The notes under the pieces are model-generated. The model saw only the letters and a program-made list of their open reading frames with translations. It was not told where the DNA came from and did not search any database. A DNA stretch of 41,542 bases from Octopus bimaculoides (Eukaryota). The DNA lies in contig NC_068985.1 of NCBI RefSeq assembly GCF_001194135.2, forward strand, positions 20,192,228-20,233,769, written 5' to 3'. Every line of letters begins with the position of its first letter. Positions within the stretch are counted from its first letter, which is position 1. A program made the translations under genes and the position numbers. This document shows positions 13,425 to 24,079 of the stretch, piece after piece.

Positions 13425-13550
13425 AGTTATATACTGAGATCCAAAGCATTTACTAAATCGGTTTCTTTTAACTATTGACTCGGGTATTTAGTATCTAATA
13501 TTTATATAGCTTTATAAATTCATAAACAAGCGCTACTTACTGAAGACCTT

Positions 13551-13742
13551 AAGGTGGTGAGCTGGCACAATCGTTTGTGCGTCGGATGAAATGCTTCTGA
13601 GTTCAAGTTCCACCGAGGTCGACTTTACCTTTCGTCCTTTTGGAGCCGATAAAATGAGTACCGTCGAGTCCTAGGTCTGATGAAATTGTCTACCCTACTC
13701 TCTCTGAAATTGCTGGCCTTGTACCAACATTTGGAAAAGATT
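13551..13742 (+). mobile_element. SINE family C
   Basis: GGTGGTGAGCTGGC...GAGTTCAAGTTCCACCGAGGTCGACTTTACCTTTCGTCC. Confidence 0.75.
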
Positions 13743-13851
13743 GTTGACCTTTGATAAATTGTTGATATGTGTAGCTGCTTCTTTACATTAAAAGTGATCC
13801 TAAGCGGAAGTCTTTAAAAGACCATATTACCACGTTATCATCTATATAATT

Positions 13852-14687
13852 ATTGGAAATAAGTCGTGTGGTTAAGAAGGTCGTTTTGCAAGCTTGTGAC
13901 TTCGGGTTTAGTCTTGGTGCGCGACACTTTGATAAATGCTTTCTATTATAGCCGATCGATGCCTTGCGAGGGAAATATTTGGCAGACAGAAACTGAGGAT
14001 CTTGTCGAATATACATACATACATACATACATACATACATACATACATACACTATAATGAAATCCGTCGGAAGGATAATCCCGCAAACGAAGATATAAGA
14101 ACCTACAATATGGTAGAAGCCATAGTCACTCATAATAAAAAAGGAATGCTGATGGAATGTACCAGTGAAAACCTCAATAATATGTAAGGAAAACAGACCT
14201 GATATAATGATTTGGGATAGAGAAGAGAAACTGTGCACAATTATGGAAATTAGCTGCGCAGCGGATGTTAACATAAAGCTGAAGATCAGTGAAAAAGAGA
14301 ACACCTATGCTGAACTATTGAGAAATCTGAAGTTACTCTATCCAGATTACAAGTTCAGGTTTATACCTGTAATTATCGGGGCCCTGGCATATATAATACA
14401 CTGCTTAAATACCAATCTTGAGAAATTAGGCTTCTCAAAACCAGAAAGGAGAAAGCTAATTCGAAGACTACAAATCCAATCCATCTCTGGAACTGTAAAA
14501 ATCCGTAAAACTTTCCAGAAGTTTATCATTTAAATATATTTGAGCATACATACATACATACATACATACAAAGAAAAATACCCTGTTATTGATGTTGAAA
14601 TTCCAATGAAGAAGCCTTGGCTCTAGGTTAGAAACCGGTTCTTTCTCTATTAGCAAGAAATCTTGAAATAAACTGAATAATGACACA

Positions 14688-14718
<31 letters not shown>

Positions 14719-14932
14719 GTAAGTATGTATAAACGTGTATTTTTGTTTGTCTCCTCAGCGCTTGACAATCGATGCTGGTTTGTTTACATTCCCATCACTA
14801 AGTGGTTCGGCAAAGGCAACCGATGGAGTAAATACCAGATCAAAAATATGTACTGAAGTCGACTTATTCGATTAACACTACAAGACGGTGCTCCAGGAAG
14901 GCCGCAGTCCAATGACAGAAACAAGCAAAGAA
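13852..14932 (+). mobile_element. SINE family A split by a LINE insertion (5' half about 13852-14010, 3' half about 14735-14932)
   Basis: Diverged head (GTGTGGTTAAGAAG...GGCAGACAGAAACTGAGG) before (TACA)n; 3' body (GCTTGACAATCGATGCTGG...GGTTCGGCAAA...GACGGTGCTCCAG) after the insert. Confidence 0.75.
14052..14686 (+). mobile_element. 5'-truncated R4/Dong-like non-LTR retrotransposon (REL endonuclease + 3' UTR)
   Basis: ORF 14165-14533: NRPDIMIWDREEKLCTIMEISCAADVNIKLKISEKENTY...FIPVIIGAL is the PD..D..K REL domain with the R4-type PVIIGALG motif; the upstream frameshifted WNVPVKT also fits. Confidence 0.85.
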
Positions 14933-15226
14933 GCAACAACTGTATAAATGAAGTTGATAATTCTGTTTAGTAAGGTGGGAAGGATTGTGAACATAACTCC
15001 CAATTACAATTGGAAATAATTAAAATAATTTAAAACTTCTATTACATCTGTCAATTACAAATGTCTACTATTTTAGTTAAACAACTAGAAAATATATTTC
15101 ATCAATGAATAAAGCTCGTTAAAATGGCTATTGTCGAAATCTGACTAAACTGTCAGGTAAATATATTACAAAAGTTGATTGACCAACAAAGGACTGCTAA
15201 ATGATGACATCTCATACATACATACA

Positions 15227-15257
<31 letters not shown>

Positions 15258-15363
15258 GCGCATGCATGCAAACATACATACGTACATACATACATACATA
15301 CATACATACATACAGACATACGTGCATGCATACATATATACATACATATATGCAGACATGGTG

Positions 15364-15750
15364 GAGGCGCAATGGCCCAGTGGTTAGGGCAGCGGACTCG
15401 CGGTCATAGCATCGCGGTTTCGATTCCCAGACCGGGCGTTGTGAGTGTTTATTTAGCGAAAACACCTAAAGCTCCACGAGGCTCCGGCAGGGAATGGTGG
15501 CGAACCCTGCTGTACTCTTTCACCACAACTTTCTCTCACTTTTACTTCCTGTTTCTGTTGTGCCTGTAATTCAAAGGGTCAGCCTTGTCACACTGTGTCA
15601 CGCTGAATATCCCCGAGAACTACGTTAAGGGTACACGTGTTTGTGGAGTGCTCAGCCACTTGCACGTTAATTTCACGAGCAGGCTGTTCCGTTGATCGGA
15701 TCAACTGGAACCCTCGACGTCGTAAGCGACGGAGTGCCAACAACAACAAC
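15364..15750 (+). mobile_element. SINE family B, young full-length copy
   Basis: A box TGGCCCAGTGG, B box GGTTTCGATTCCC, 3' hairpin CGTCG-TAAG-CGACG, (CAA)4 tail. Confidence 0.92.
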
Positions 15751-15776
15751 ATGCAGACATGCACACATATGTATGC

Positions 15777-16053
15777 TTGCCGAACCGCTAAGTTACAGGG
15801 ACGTAAAAACCCCAGTTCCGGTTGCCAAGGGGTGAATGAGGGATAAATACAAACACAAAGGCACTCACATGTATATATACACACATATATATATATATAT
15901 ACGACGGGATTCTTTCAGTTTCTGTCCACCAAATTTATTCACAAGGTTTTGGTCAACCCGATGCTATAGTAGGAAACACTTGCCCAAGGTGCCACTGTAT
16001 GGGACTGAGGCCCAAGCCATGTGGCTGAAAACGAGCTTCTTAACACACAGGCC
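15777..16053 (-). mobile_element. SINE family A (3'-truncated)
   Basis: Head CTTCTTAACACACAGGCC / CTTGCCCAAGGTGCCAC / TCTTTCAGTTTCTGTCCACC, short TA tract, partial body GCCGAACCGCTAAGTTAC. Confidence 0.8.
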
Positions 16054-16256
16054 CTTATACGTTTATTTTGAAGTGAAGTTATATAGTTATACTAAAATAA
16101 AATAACGCTAAACTGAAGAATTACTGAATACATTTATTAGATTAAATGTTTATTTAACATCTACAAGGAAGAAAGTTGACAGTGACTTCGAAGATTCGGT
16201 ATGCTCGCCTATCTCCCCCCTTCTCTCTGTATATCTGTCTGTCTGCCTGTCTATCC

Positions 16257-16302
<46 letters not shown>

Positions 16303-16784
16303 AATTAAATTAATGATTATATATATATATATATANNNNNNNNNNNNNNNNNNNNNNNNNNNNNNNNNNNNNNNNNNNNNNNNNNNNNNNNNNNNNNNNN
16401 NNNNNNNNNNNNNNNNNNNNNNNNNNNNNNNNNNNNNNNNNNNNNNNNNNNNNNNNNNNNNNNNNNNNNNNNNNNNNNNNNNNNNNNNNNNNNNNNNNNN
16501 NNNNNNNNNNNNNNNNNNNNNNNNNNNNNNNNNNNNNNNNNNNNNNNNNNNNNNNNNNNNNNNNNNNNNNNNNNNNNNNNNNNNNNNNNNNNNNNNNNNN
16601 NNNNNNNNNNNNNNNNNNNNNNNNNNNNNNNNNNNNNNNNNNNNNNNNNNNNNNNNNNNNNTATAACATGCGTTTTCTCCAATCCTTAAATTCTTAAATA
16701 TATATATATATATATATATTTATAAAAAAGAAGTTTGAAAACGCCACTATATAAAATAAATTTTAATTCTTAATTTTCTCAGAG

Positions 16785-16833
16785 ATATTTTACATGTTTC
16801 GTTTCTTGAAAAACCGAACCTTATCAAAAATAC
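16785..16833 (-). ncRNA. Candidate minimal type I hammerhead ribozyme (U3-A8 variant)
   Basis: Minus strand reads GTATTT-TTGATAA-GGTTC[GGTTTTTCAA]GAAAC-GAAACATGTA-AAATAT: 6-bp stem I, 5-bp stem II with one mismatch, palindromic stem III ACATGT, GUA cleavage triplet. Confidence 0.6.
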
Positions 16834-18587
16834 ATATTTAAAAAAAATGTAATTAAAAGAAAAGTTCATAATTGTTTCTTACTGGTGTCAACAGAGTCCA
16901 CACGGAAGCGTTTTTTGTGTGGGGACATAATGGCTGTCTAGTGCGTTGACTTGGATCGTTGGCTATAGTAGTAGTAGTAGTGACCGTGTTGGTAGTGGTA
17001 AACGGGACTTGTTTATCCGCATAATTGTGTTTATATCCACTTAACTTGATTCCTCTTATAGCCAATCTTTACCTTGTGGAATCGATCCCCTGTAAAGACA
17101 TCACTGTTTAAGTTTAAATATTTTTATCACTACTAAGTGTCTTCTATACGGAGAATTTCTGGATCCCATCTGTGGACTATATATATATATATATAGCTTA
17201 ATTTTTCCTTGGGACTGGCCAGATTGGAGTAATCTCGAGTATAACGAGCCGAAATTGCAAAGATAATCTGGAACTCGACTGAGGATATAAAACTCAGAAT
17301 GATTCGTCCTTGTTTTCCTTGTATCGTCTGTCTGGATATTTTGTTATCCCTTTTTTGTATCACCTAACTGTCTGGATGTTTTGCGTTCTTGTCCCATTTT
17401 CGCATTATATATATATATATATATACGTGTGTAAATATATATATATACATATGTATATATATATATTTACACACACACACTTATATATATGTATACATAC
17501 CNNNNNNNNNNNNNNNNNNNNNNNNNNNNNNNNNNNNNNNNNNNNNNNNNNNNNNNNNNNNNNNNNNNNNNNNNNNNNNNNNNNNNNNNNNNNNNNNNNN
17601 NNNNNNNNNNNNNNNNNNNNNNNNNNNNNNNNNNNNNNNNNNNNNNNNNNNNNNNNNNNNNNNNNNNNNNNNNNNNNNNNNNNNNNNNNNNNNNNNNNNN
17701 NNNNNNNNNNNNNNNNNNNNNNNNNNNNNNNNNNNNNNNNNNNNNNNNNNNNNNNNNNNNNNNNNNNNNNNNNNNNNNNNNNNNNNNNNNNNNNNNNATA
17801 TATGTATATATATATACATATGTATATATATATATTTACACACACACACTTATATATATGTATACATACCACAAACACAAATCGCGATGATGATAGAGCG
17901 CTGAATAGATAGAGGGTATAACAACATTACATTTTTTGAACTGTTTAGAATTAACAAAACGTCGATGACGTTATTATGAATTTATCTTACAATTCTCACC
18001 AAGCCAAAAAGAAAAAAAAAAAACCATAAACAGAAAACAAGAAAGACAGAAAGAAATAGCAAAGCGGTTGATTCGCACAATACTAGTTGCTGTATTGTCG
18101 TTAGAAAGAGTTTTGTTTTTTATATATATATTGAAATAGTTCCAATATTTTAAGATCAAATAACTAAATGAAAAATAAATTTTGCTTTTGAGTTTCTTTC
18201 AACTAAGTAGTATATCTCAGATTTATTGGTGAAAGAAATATTTTGATTTCTAGTGCACAATGATTTTAAACGAAAATCGAAACCAAGCCAGAGATTCTTC
18301 AATAAAAATAACTGTTAGGACATCAAATATAAATATTCCTTTCATAATATCTAATCATTGATCAGAGTTCTGCTGGATCAGGCATGTGGTTACTGTTCAA
18401 CCTCAAGATCGTCTTCCTAAATATTTGAAGAGCGTATAGACGAATGAAATAACGCTAAGCATTTTGTTCGGCGTGCTGGCGAATCTGCCTGTTCGCCATA
18501 TATATATATGTGTGTGTGTTTGTGTTTTGTGTGTGTGTGTGTGTGTGTGTGTGTTTGTGTGTGTGTGTACATATATGTATGTATAAA

Positions 18588-18637
<50 letters not shown>

Positions 18638-18640
18638 TAT

Positions 18641-19067
18641 ATATAAAATTAATATAAACTCAGTTGGCAATGTTTCACCAGAAAGGACAATTACAAATGT
18701 CACTAAATGTGACTAGGGTGTTAGGAAACACCTACATTGCTAGAAATAAGAGCTAAGCCGCTCTAATGTTGTAGTTAACGCACATGAATGAAACCATATA
18801 CGCTAACAGGGACAACAATCGTCCGAAAAGTGCCGATCGAGAATTCGTAATACTGATGCGTCAGTTGGCAATTTTTGTTGCCTCATCAGTTAAGACCGCT
18901 CGATTGTCCGATGTTTTCCCTCATGTGCCTCAGCCACAACAATAGAGAGGTTTAGCTCTTATTTCTAGCAGTGTAGGTGTTTCCTAACACCCTAGTCACA
19001 TTTAGTGACATTTGTAATTCTCATTTTGGAGAAACATTGCAAACTGCTGTTTATATTAATTTTATAT
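18641..19067. repeat. 427-bp foldback / MITE-like imperfect palindrome
   Basis: 18689-18756 matches the reverse complement of 18952-19019 at 67/68; looser complementarity extends out to both ends and inward to a GGCAA-loop-TTGCC centre. Confidence 0.9.
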
Positions 19068-19257
19068 GTACATATTATCGAATCGCTAAATCATCCAATA
19101 ATTTGGATTACGAAAATATAGATACTAATACTAAAACGAGTCCGGAAAGAGCCAAGCAATCGAACAAATAATACATTTCGGATAATACACCCACCCTATT
19201 GACAGATATACAAGTGCATCTTTTCCCTGACTTATGGACTCTTAGACGACTCACGCA

Positions 19258-19298
<41 letters not shown>

Positions 19299-19721
19299 NN
19301 NNNNNNNNNNNNNNNNNNNNNNNNNNNNNNNNNNNNNNNNNNNNNNNNNNNNNNNNNNNNNNNNNNNNNNNNNNNNNNNNNNNNNNNNNNNNNNNNNNNN
19401 NNNNNNNNNNNNNNNNNNNNNNNNNNNNNNNNNNNNNNNNNNNNNNNNNNNNNNNNNNNNNNNNNNNNNNNNNNNNNNNNNNNNNNNNNNNNNNNNNNNN
19501 NNNNNNNNNNNNNNNNNNNNNNNNNNNNNNNNNNNNNNNNNNNNNNNNNNNNNNNNNNNNNNNNNNNNNNNNNNNNNNNNNNNNNNNNNNNNNNNNNNNN
19601 NNNNNNNNNNNNNNNNNNNNNNNNNNNNAATCTTATAGCTTAAAAAATGATAAAGGGTTCACTAGATATTGTAGATCCAGATAAACTTTGTCCGACAGAA
19701 AAAAAAAAAAAAGATAGGAGG

Positions 19722-19790
19722 GTGTTAACTTTGACCATAGGTCTGCTCGTATAAGTCTGATCTGGAGCTTCAGAAATAATAACAACAACA
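19722..19790 (+). mobile_element. SINE-like family D, 3' end with (AAC)n tail
   Basis: CTTTGACCATAGGTCTGCTCG...GATCTGGAG...AACAACAAC. Confidence 0.5.
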
Positions 19791-20419
19791 TGTGATCACT
19801 TGACTTAGGTCCCAGTGTGATTCATAAATCTCTTAGTATAAATAATTACGATTTGACAAAAGTTGATGTAAAAGATTATAAAGTCCAACAAGAGAACGTT
19901 GGCGTCAGTTATCGAAATGTTAGTATGTATTGATTGAAAAAAAAATGAAATAAAAGCCAGCTATCTCAATATATGTGGCCGAAAACAAATATTCTCTCAG
20001 CTGATTTGTAGATCAATTAATCATTTATAAAGACAATAAATTTCGACATTTTGCTATCGGAACAGCCTTTTAAATCGCATATCTCATAACATTGAACTAT
20101 AAAATATGAATACGTTATAAATAATCGATTTGTTTAATAATTGCGAATATAAACGGTTAAAACTGTGAAATCTTATAATCTGGCTCGGCTAGTTTAACTA
20201 TGAATAGTTAAGCGAAAAGAGCTTAAATAGTTTGACTCGTCACAGTTGTAATCGCCGCCGCCATTTTTCACCATTATCGTCGCCGTAACCATACCTAGAA
20301 CTTCAGCTGTTTTATCAAAAAAATAGTAAAAATATAAGTGTCCGCCTGTTTCACCGTCTTCAGCTCAATACTGTTATAACTCTGTATTTTTTAACTCTCC
20401 TACCCATTCCTTCATGTAA

Positions 20420-20880
20420 GTGCGCCCGCAAACTACACAACTTTCTTGTCTATAGCTCTTCCTTGTTCACAGCCTCTTCTTCCCCATATCACATCCTCTT
20501 CGAGGGCCCATTCCTTGCTCTCGTCACCGCTACCCTGAGTGCCCTTTCCTTTCAAACATTACCATCCTCCCTAGGCATAATCACGGCACCTTCCACATTT
20601 AAGAGTGTTTCGGATGTACTCCTATCAATCTTATACATGTACTCAAATTTAGCCCCTGTAGTTCAATCTACGCTGACAAAACCGTCTTTCTGCTGTCTGA
20701 CTGATTAGCAGAGCACTTCAGAAACAGCCGACTTAGCAACGGGTCATTTATCATTGGACATTCCCCTCTGCTGACCATTCCACCCAACACCCCTCGGTCT
20801 TCGGCTTAGCCTCCAGCACCGGGTCCACCCTCACTCTCATTCGAAGAGATTCAGAGGTCATCGATTTTCTTCAGATTTAC
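20420..20880 (-). mobile_element. Heavily decayed RTE-like ORF C-terminus
   Basis: Minus-strand DRSTSETLLNVE..VIMPREDGNV*KERALRVAVTRARNGPSKRM resembles RTE DR.....LG...HVLRREDGHVL..AL..EV.G.R..GRPKR.W; multiple stops and frameshifts. Confidence 0.4.
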
Positions 20881-21511
20881 ACGCTCCTTTATCTAAATTG
20901 ACAACATTACGTTTCCTACCTTGCAGTTCTTTTACACATCTGTTCCCTTTTCTCTCTACCCCCTTACTTCTGCACCACCCCTTGCATCCCACTTCACCCT
21001 CCTCATCTTCCCCTATTACCACTCTGCACATCGCCACTCTGCACATCCACACTAATGCAGCTTTCATATAAACACACATTCACGTAAACACCTTGCAGCC
21101 TCACTTCTACAGCACATTCACAAAGTCCACTCATACATACACTTCTGCCCCAACAATTCAATCCCTTTGAAACACAACGGCATGCCGACACACACATACC
21201 ATCGCACATCTACTCCCCCTCCCCCCACAAACGTCTATTCACCAACCATCACGTTTCTTTGACACGCACATATATCTTCACACAAACCCAAACCCGCTTA
21301 TTCTTAGCATACGCGCGCGCACACACATGCAAGCGCACAGACACACACGCTTACACGCACGCGCACACAATTGTACACTTACGGTTAATCTTATACACAT
21401 GTACTTCCATTCTACGGCTCTTCACTCTCTTCGCCTATACATAGAGACCAGCGAGCAGACACTCACCTACCAACATACACCAACTCTTCATAAACACGCA
21501 CACTCTCTCTC

Positions 21512-21542
<31 letters not shown>

Positions 21543-22368
21543 TGCACTCACACACACGCACTCACACGCACATACATGCACTAGCTGGTACATTAACACA
21601 TACATTATTCTATACTACAACATTCCTTCTTTCGACATATAATGTTGTATATAGCAAATGTCATTAAATTTCTTTATTCTCTCACTGGCTTCATCTTGAG
21701 GTACAACCCTCATTTTTCTTTCAGCTTCATTTTTTTATGACTGGAGGTCGATTAATGATTAAATTTGTCGCAGATGATCTTTCCCGAGTGTGACTTTGTA
21801 TGGTTAGCTTCTTTGGTATTGTAAGCTAAGTGGTTTCCCAACTTTCTCTCGTGGAGACCGCCAATTATATTTCTGATTTCTCTGTGTGGGACTTGAGGGT
21901 CTATAAATATGAGAGGATTAAAATATCCTTGTTCTTGGCGGAGAATGTGGTTTATGTGGAAGCTGGCAGTATCTTTTAGTTCGTGTATTAAAGTTTTCTT
22001 GTGCAGCCTCTTTACCAATACTCTACTTAACAGATAACTCTTTCATAAAGCAATTCAGTTGTCGCTCAACTTGCTGAAAATAGCTGACAAATCTCTTGTA
22101 AAGCACACCCACAAATAAAGGCCACTATCTACAAACATAGTTGTTTGTGTTCTAACAACAAAATTGTCACGTCTGGAACGCCTTTCATCAGAATTCTTTA
22201 ATTACAACTAATCTGGGACAACGTAACAACACCATATTTACTCCGAGCTAATGACGGAGGCATCTAGTTGTCTATTTGGGTGTGCAAGTAACAAGCAAAT
22301 TTCCGCCATATTACATTATACTGTCTTAAATTAGAAAAACATACAGTGGAAATGGAGCTACAAATATA

Positions 22369-22738
22369 CAGGGTGTCCACAAAGTCTGGGTACATGGGGG
22401 TTAGCACATGCTTTTAAAACAAAACAATCTTATTTAATTATAATGTTAATAAATAATATTTTCAAAATGATTTTCATCATTTTCAATGCATAACTTGATG
22501 CACCTTGCAAAATTCAGGTGAACTCAATTAAATAAGTCTATATTGCCATCAATTTCAGCACACTGACTGGTAATGCATTCTCTCATGTGGTTTAAATCTG
22601 TAGTCTTTATTGAGTAAACTTTCTCTTTCAACATACCCCAGAAAAAGAAGTCAAGGGGACTCTATATTATTTCTTATATTTAATTGTTTATGTTATGATT
22701 TTATTTACCCCATGTACCCAGACTTTGTGGACACCCCG
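22369..22738 (-). mobile_element. Tc1/mariner-derived MITE (deletion derivative) with TA target duplication
   Basis: TIRs CAGGGTGTCCACAAAGTCTGGGTACATGGGG / CCCCATGTACCCAGACTTTGTGGACACCCCG flanked by TA; internal minus-strand SPLDFFFWGMLKEKVY transposase remnant. Confidence 0.9.
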
Positions 22739-22760
22739 TATAAACAGATGCACCCATACC

Positions 22761-22845
<85 letters not shown>

Positions 22846-23022
22846 ACATATACATACACATAGCACGTATGTGTATACATTTGCGCTCTTCCTACAGTAC
22901 CAGGAGTATTTTACTCCTATTTCTAGCAATGCAGGTGTCCAGCCCCTTACATTCAGTGACGATTGAATTTTTATGGTATTATATTGCGCCCAGCTGTTTA
23001 TATTCATTTTTTACATACATAC

Positions 23023-23660
23023 TTGCCCAAAAATGTCATCAAGGTACTACCTACCTATGCGACATAACGTTGTCGCAAAAACAATATACAATGCTCTTCG
23101 TGAAAAAGACTGTCCTGGAATAAATATAAAGAGTCCCCGTTATTGAATGCGTACACAAATATCGGTACAAGGGAGACTGGTGGAACATACCCATCAAAAC
23201 ATCTGTCACGTGTAAAGTTAACAGGCCAGATATTGTTGTTTGAGACAGGCAAATAAAAGAATATACCGTCATAGAGGTCAGTTGTCCTGCTGATGTGAAC
23301 ATCTCTTTGAAAATCAAAGAGAAGGAAGATAACTATAGACAGCTGCTTCGAAACCTGCAACTTCTATAATATATCCAGATTACAAATTTACATTTATACC
23401 AATAATAATTGGAGCACTTGGTTTTGTAAGTAAATGCCTGTCTGGATACGCTTGGATTTTCAGAAAATGTAATCAAGCAATTGATTCGCACATTACAAAT
23501 ACAGTCTATAAGCGGAGCAGTAAAACTCTTCAAAACTTTTCTCAGGTTTAAAATGTGATTTTGTTTTCATTACCTACATTCCAAAGAAGGAGCTTTGTAT
23601 CTTTTTTAAAAACCAGCCCCTTCTTCAGGGGAAGAATTTAAGTGATTAAATACAGAGGGG
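23023..23660 (+). mobile_element. 5'-truncated R4/Dong-like non-LTR retrotransposon (part of CCHC motif + REL + 3' UTR)
   Basis: CPKMSSRYYLPMRHNVVAK...WWNIPIKTSVTCKVNRPDIVV*DRQIKEYTVIEVSCPADVNISLKIKEKEDNY...YPDYKFTFIPIIIGALG; clear paralogue of 14052-14686. Confidence 0.85.
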
Positions 23661-24031
23661 ACATACATATATATGTATATAAGCCGCTTTATTACAAATA
23701 GCTTCATGCCGAAAAGAGGTAGGCAAATGCACCAATCATCTATTAATGCTGAATGGAAATGAATGGCCTGGACTAAATGGAAAAGTAAAAGCCGACGCCA
23801 TGCTTTTCCATGCAGCCATAACTTTATATGATGACTATTGAATTCGTGTTTTTATATTCGGTGAGAAATCATTTGGAAATAAATTGGCAGCATTGGCTGT
23901 CATGAGATTATAACAATGTTATATAAATAATAAATACCTACTCAATTACTTTAATATGCGAGAGCTTGGCTTTTTTGTAAATCATAAAATATTGGACAAC
24001 CTTCTGCCTGTCTGCCTGTCTCTTTCTCTTC

Positions 24032-24079
<48 letters not shown>

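Noticed and set aside
18850-18892. Hammerhead at the centre of the foldback (CTGATGA-GGCAA..TTGCC)
   Set aside because: There is no GAAA after the stem, and the pattern is explained by the palindrome itself.
20348-20363. Minus-strand CTGAAGA-CGGT-GAAAC
   Set aside because: There is no stem II, stem III or stem I.
21752-22018. 88-aa minus-strand ORF as a gene or Penelope N-terminus
   Set aside because: No diagnostic motif is recognisable; needs an HMM search.
22161-22196. Minus-strand CTGATGA hammerhead candidate
   Set aside because: GAAA is replaced by GACA, stem II is weak and there is no stem III.
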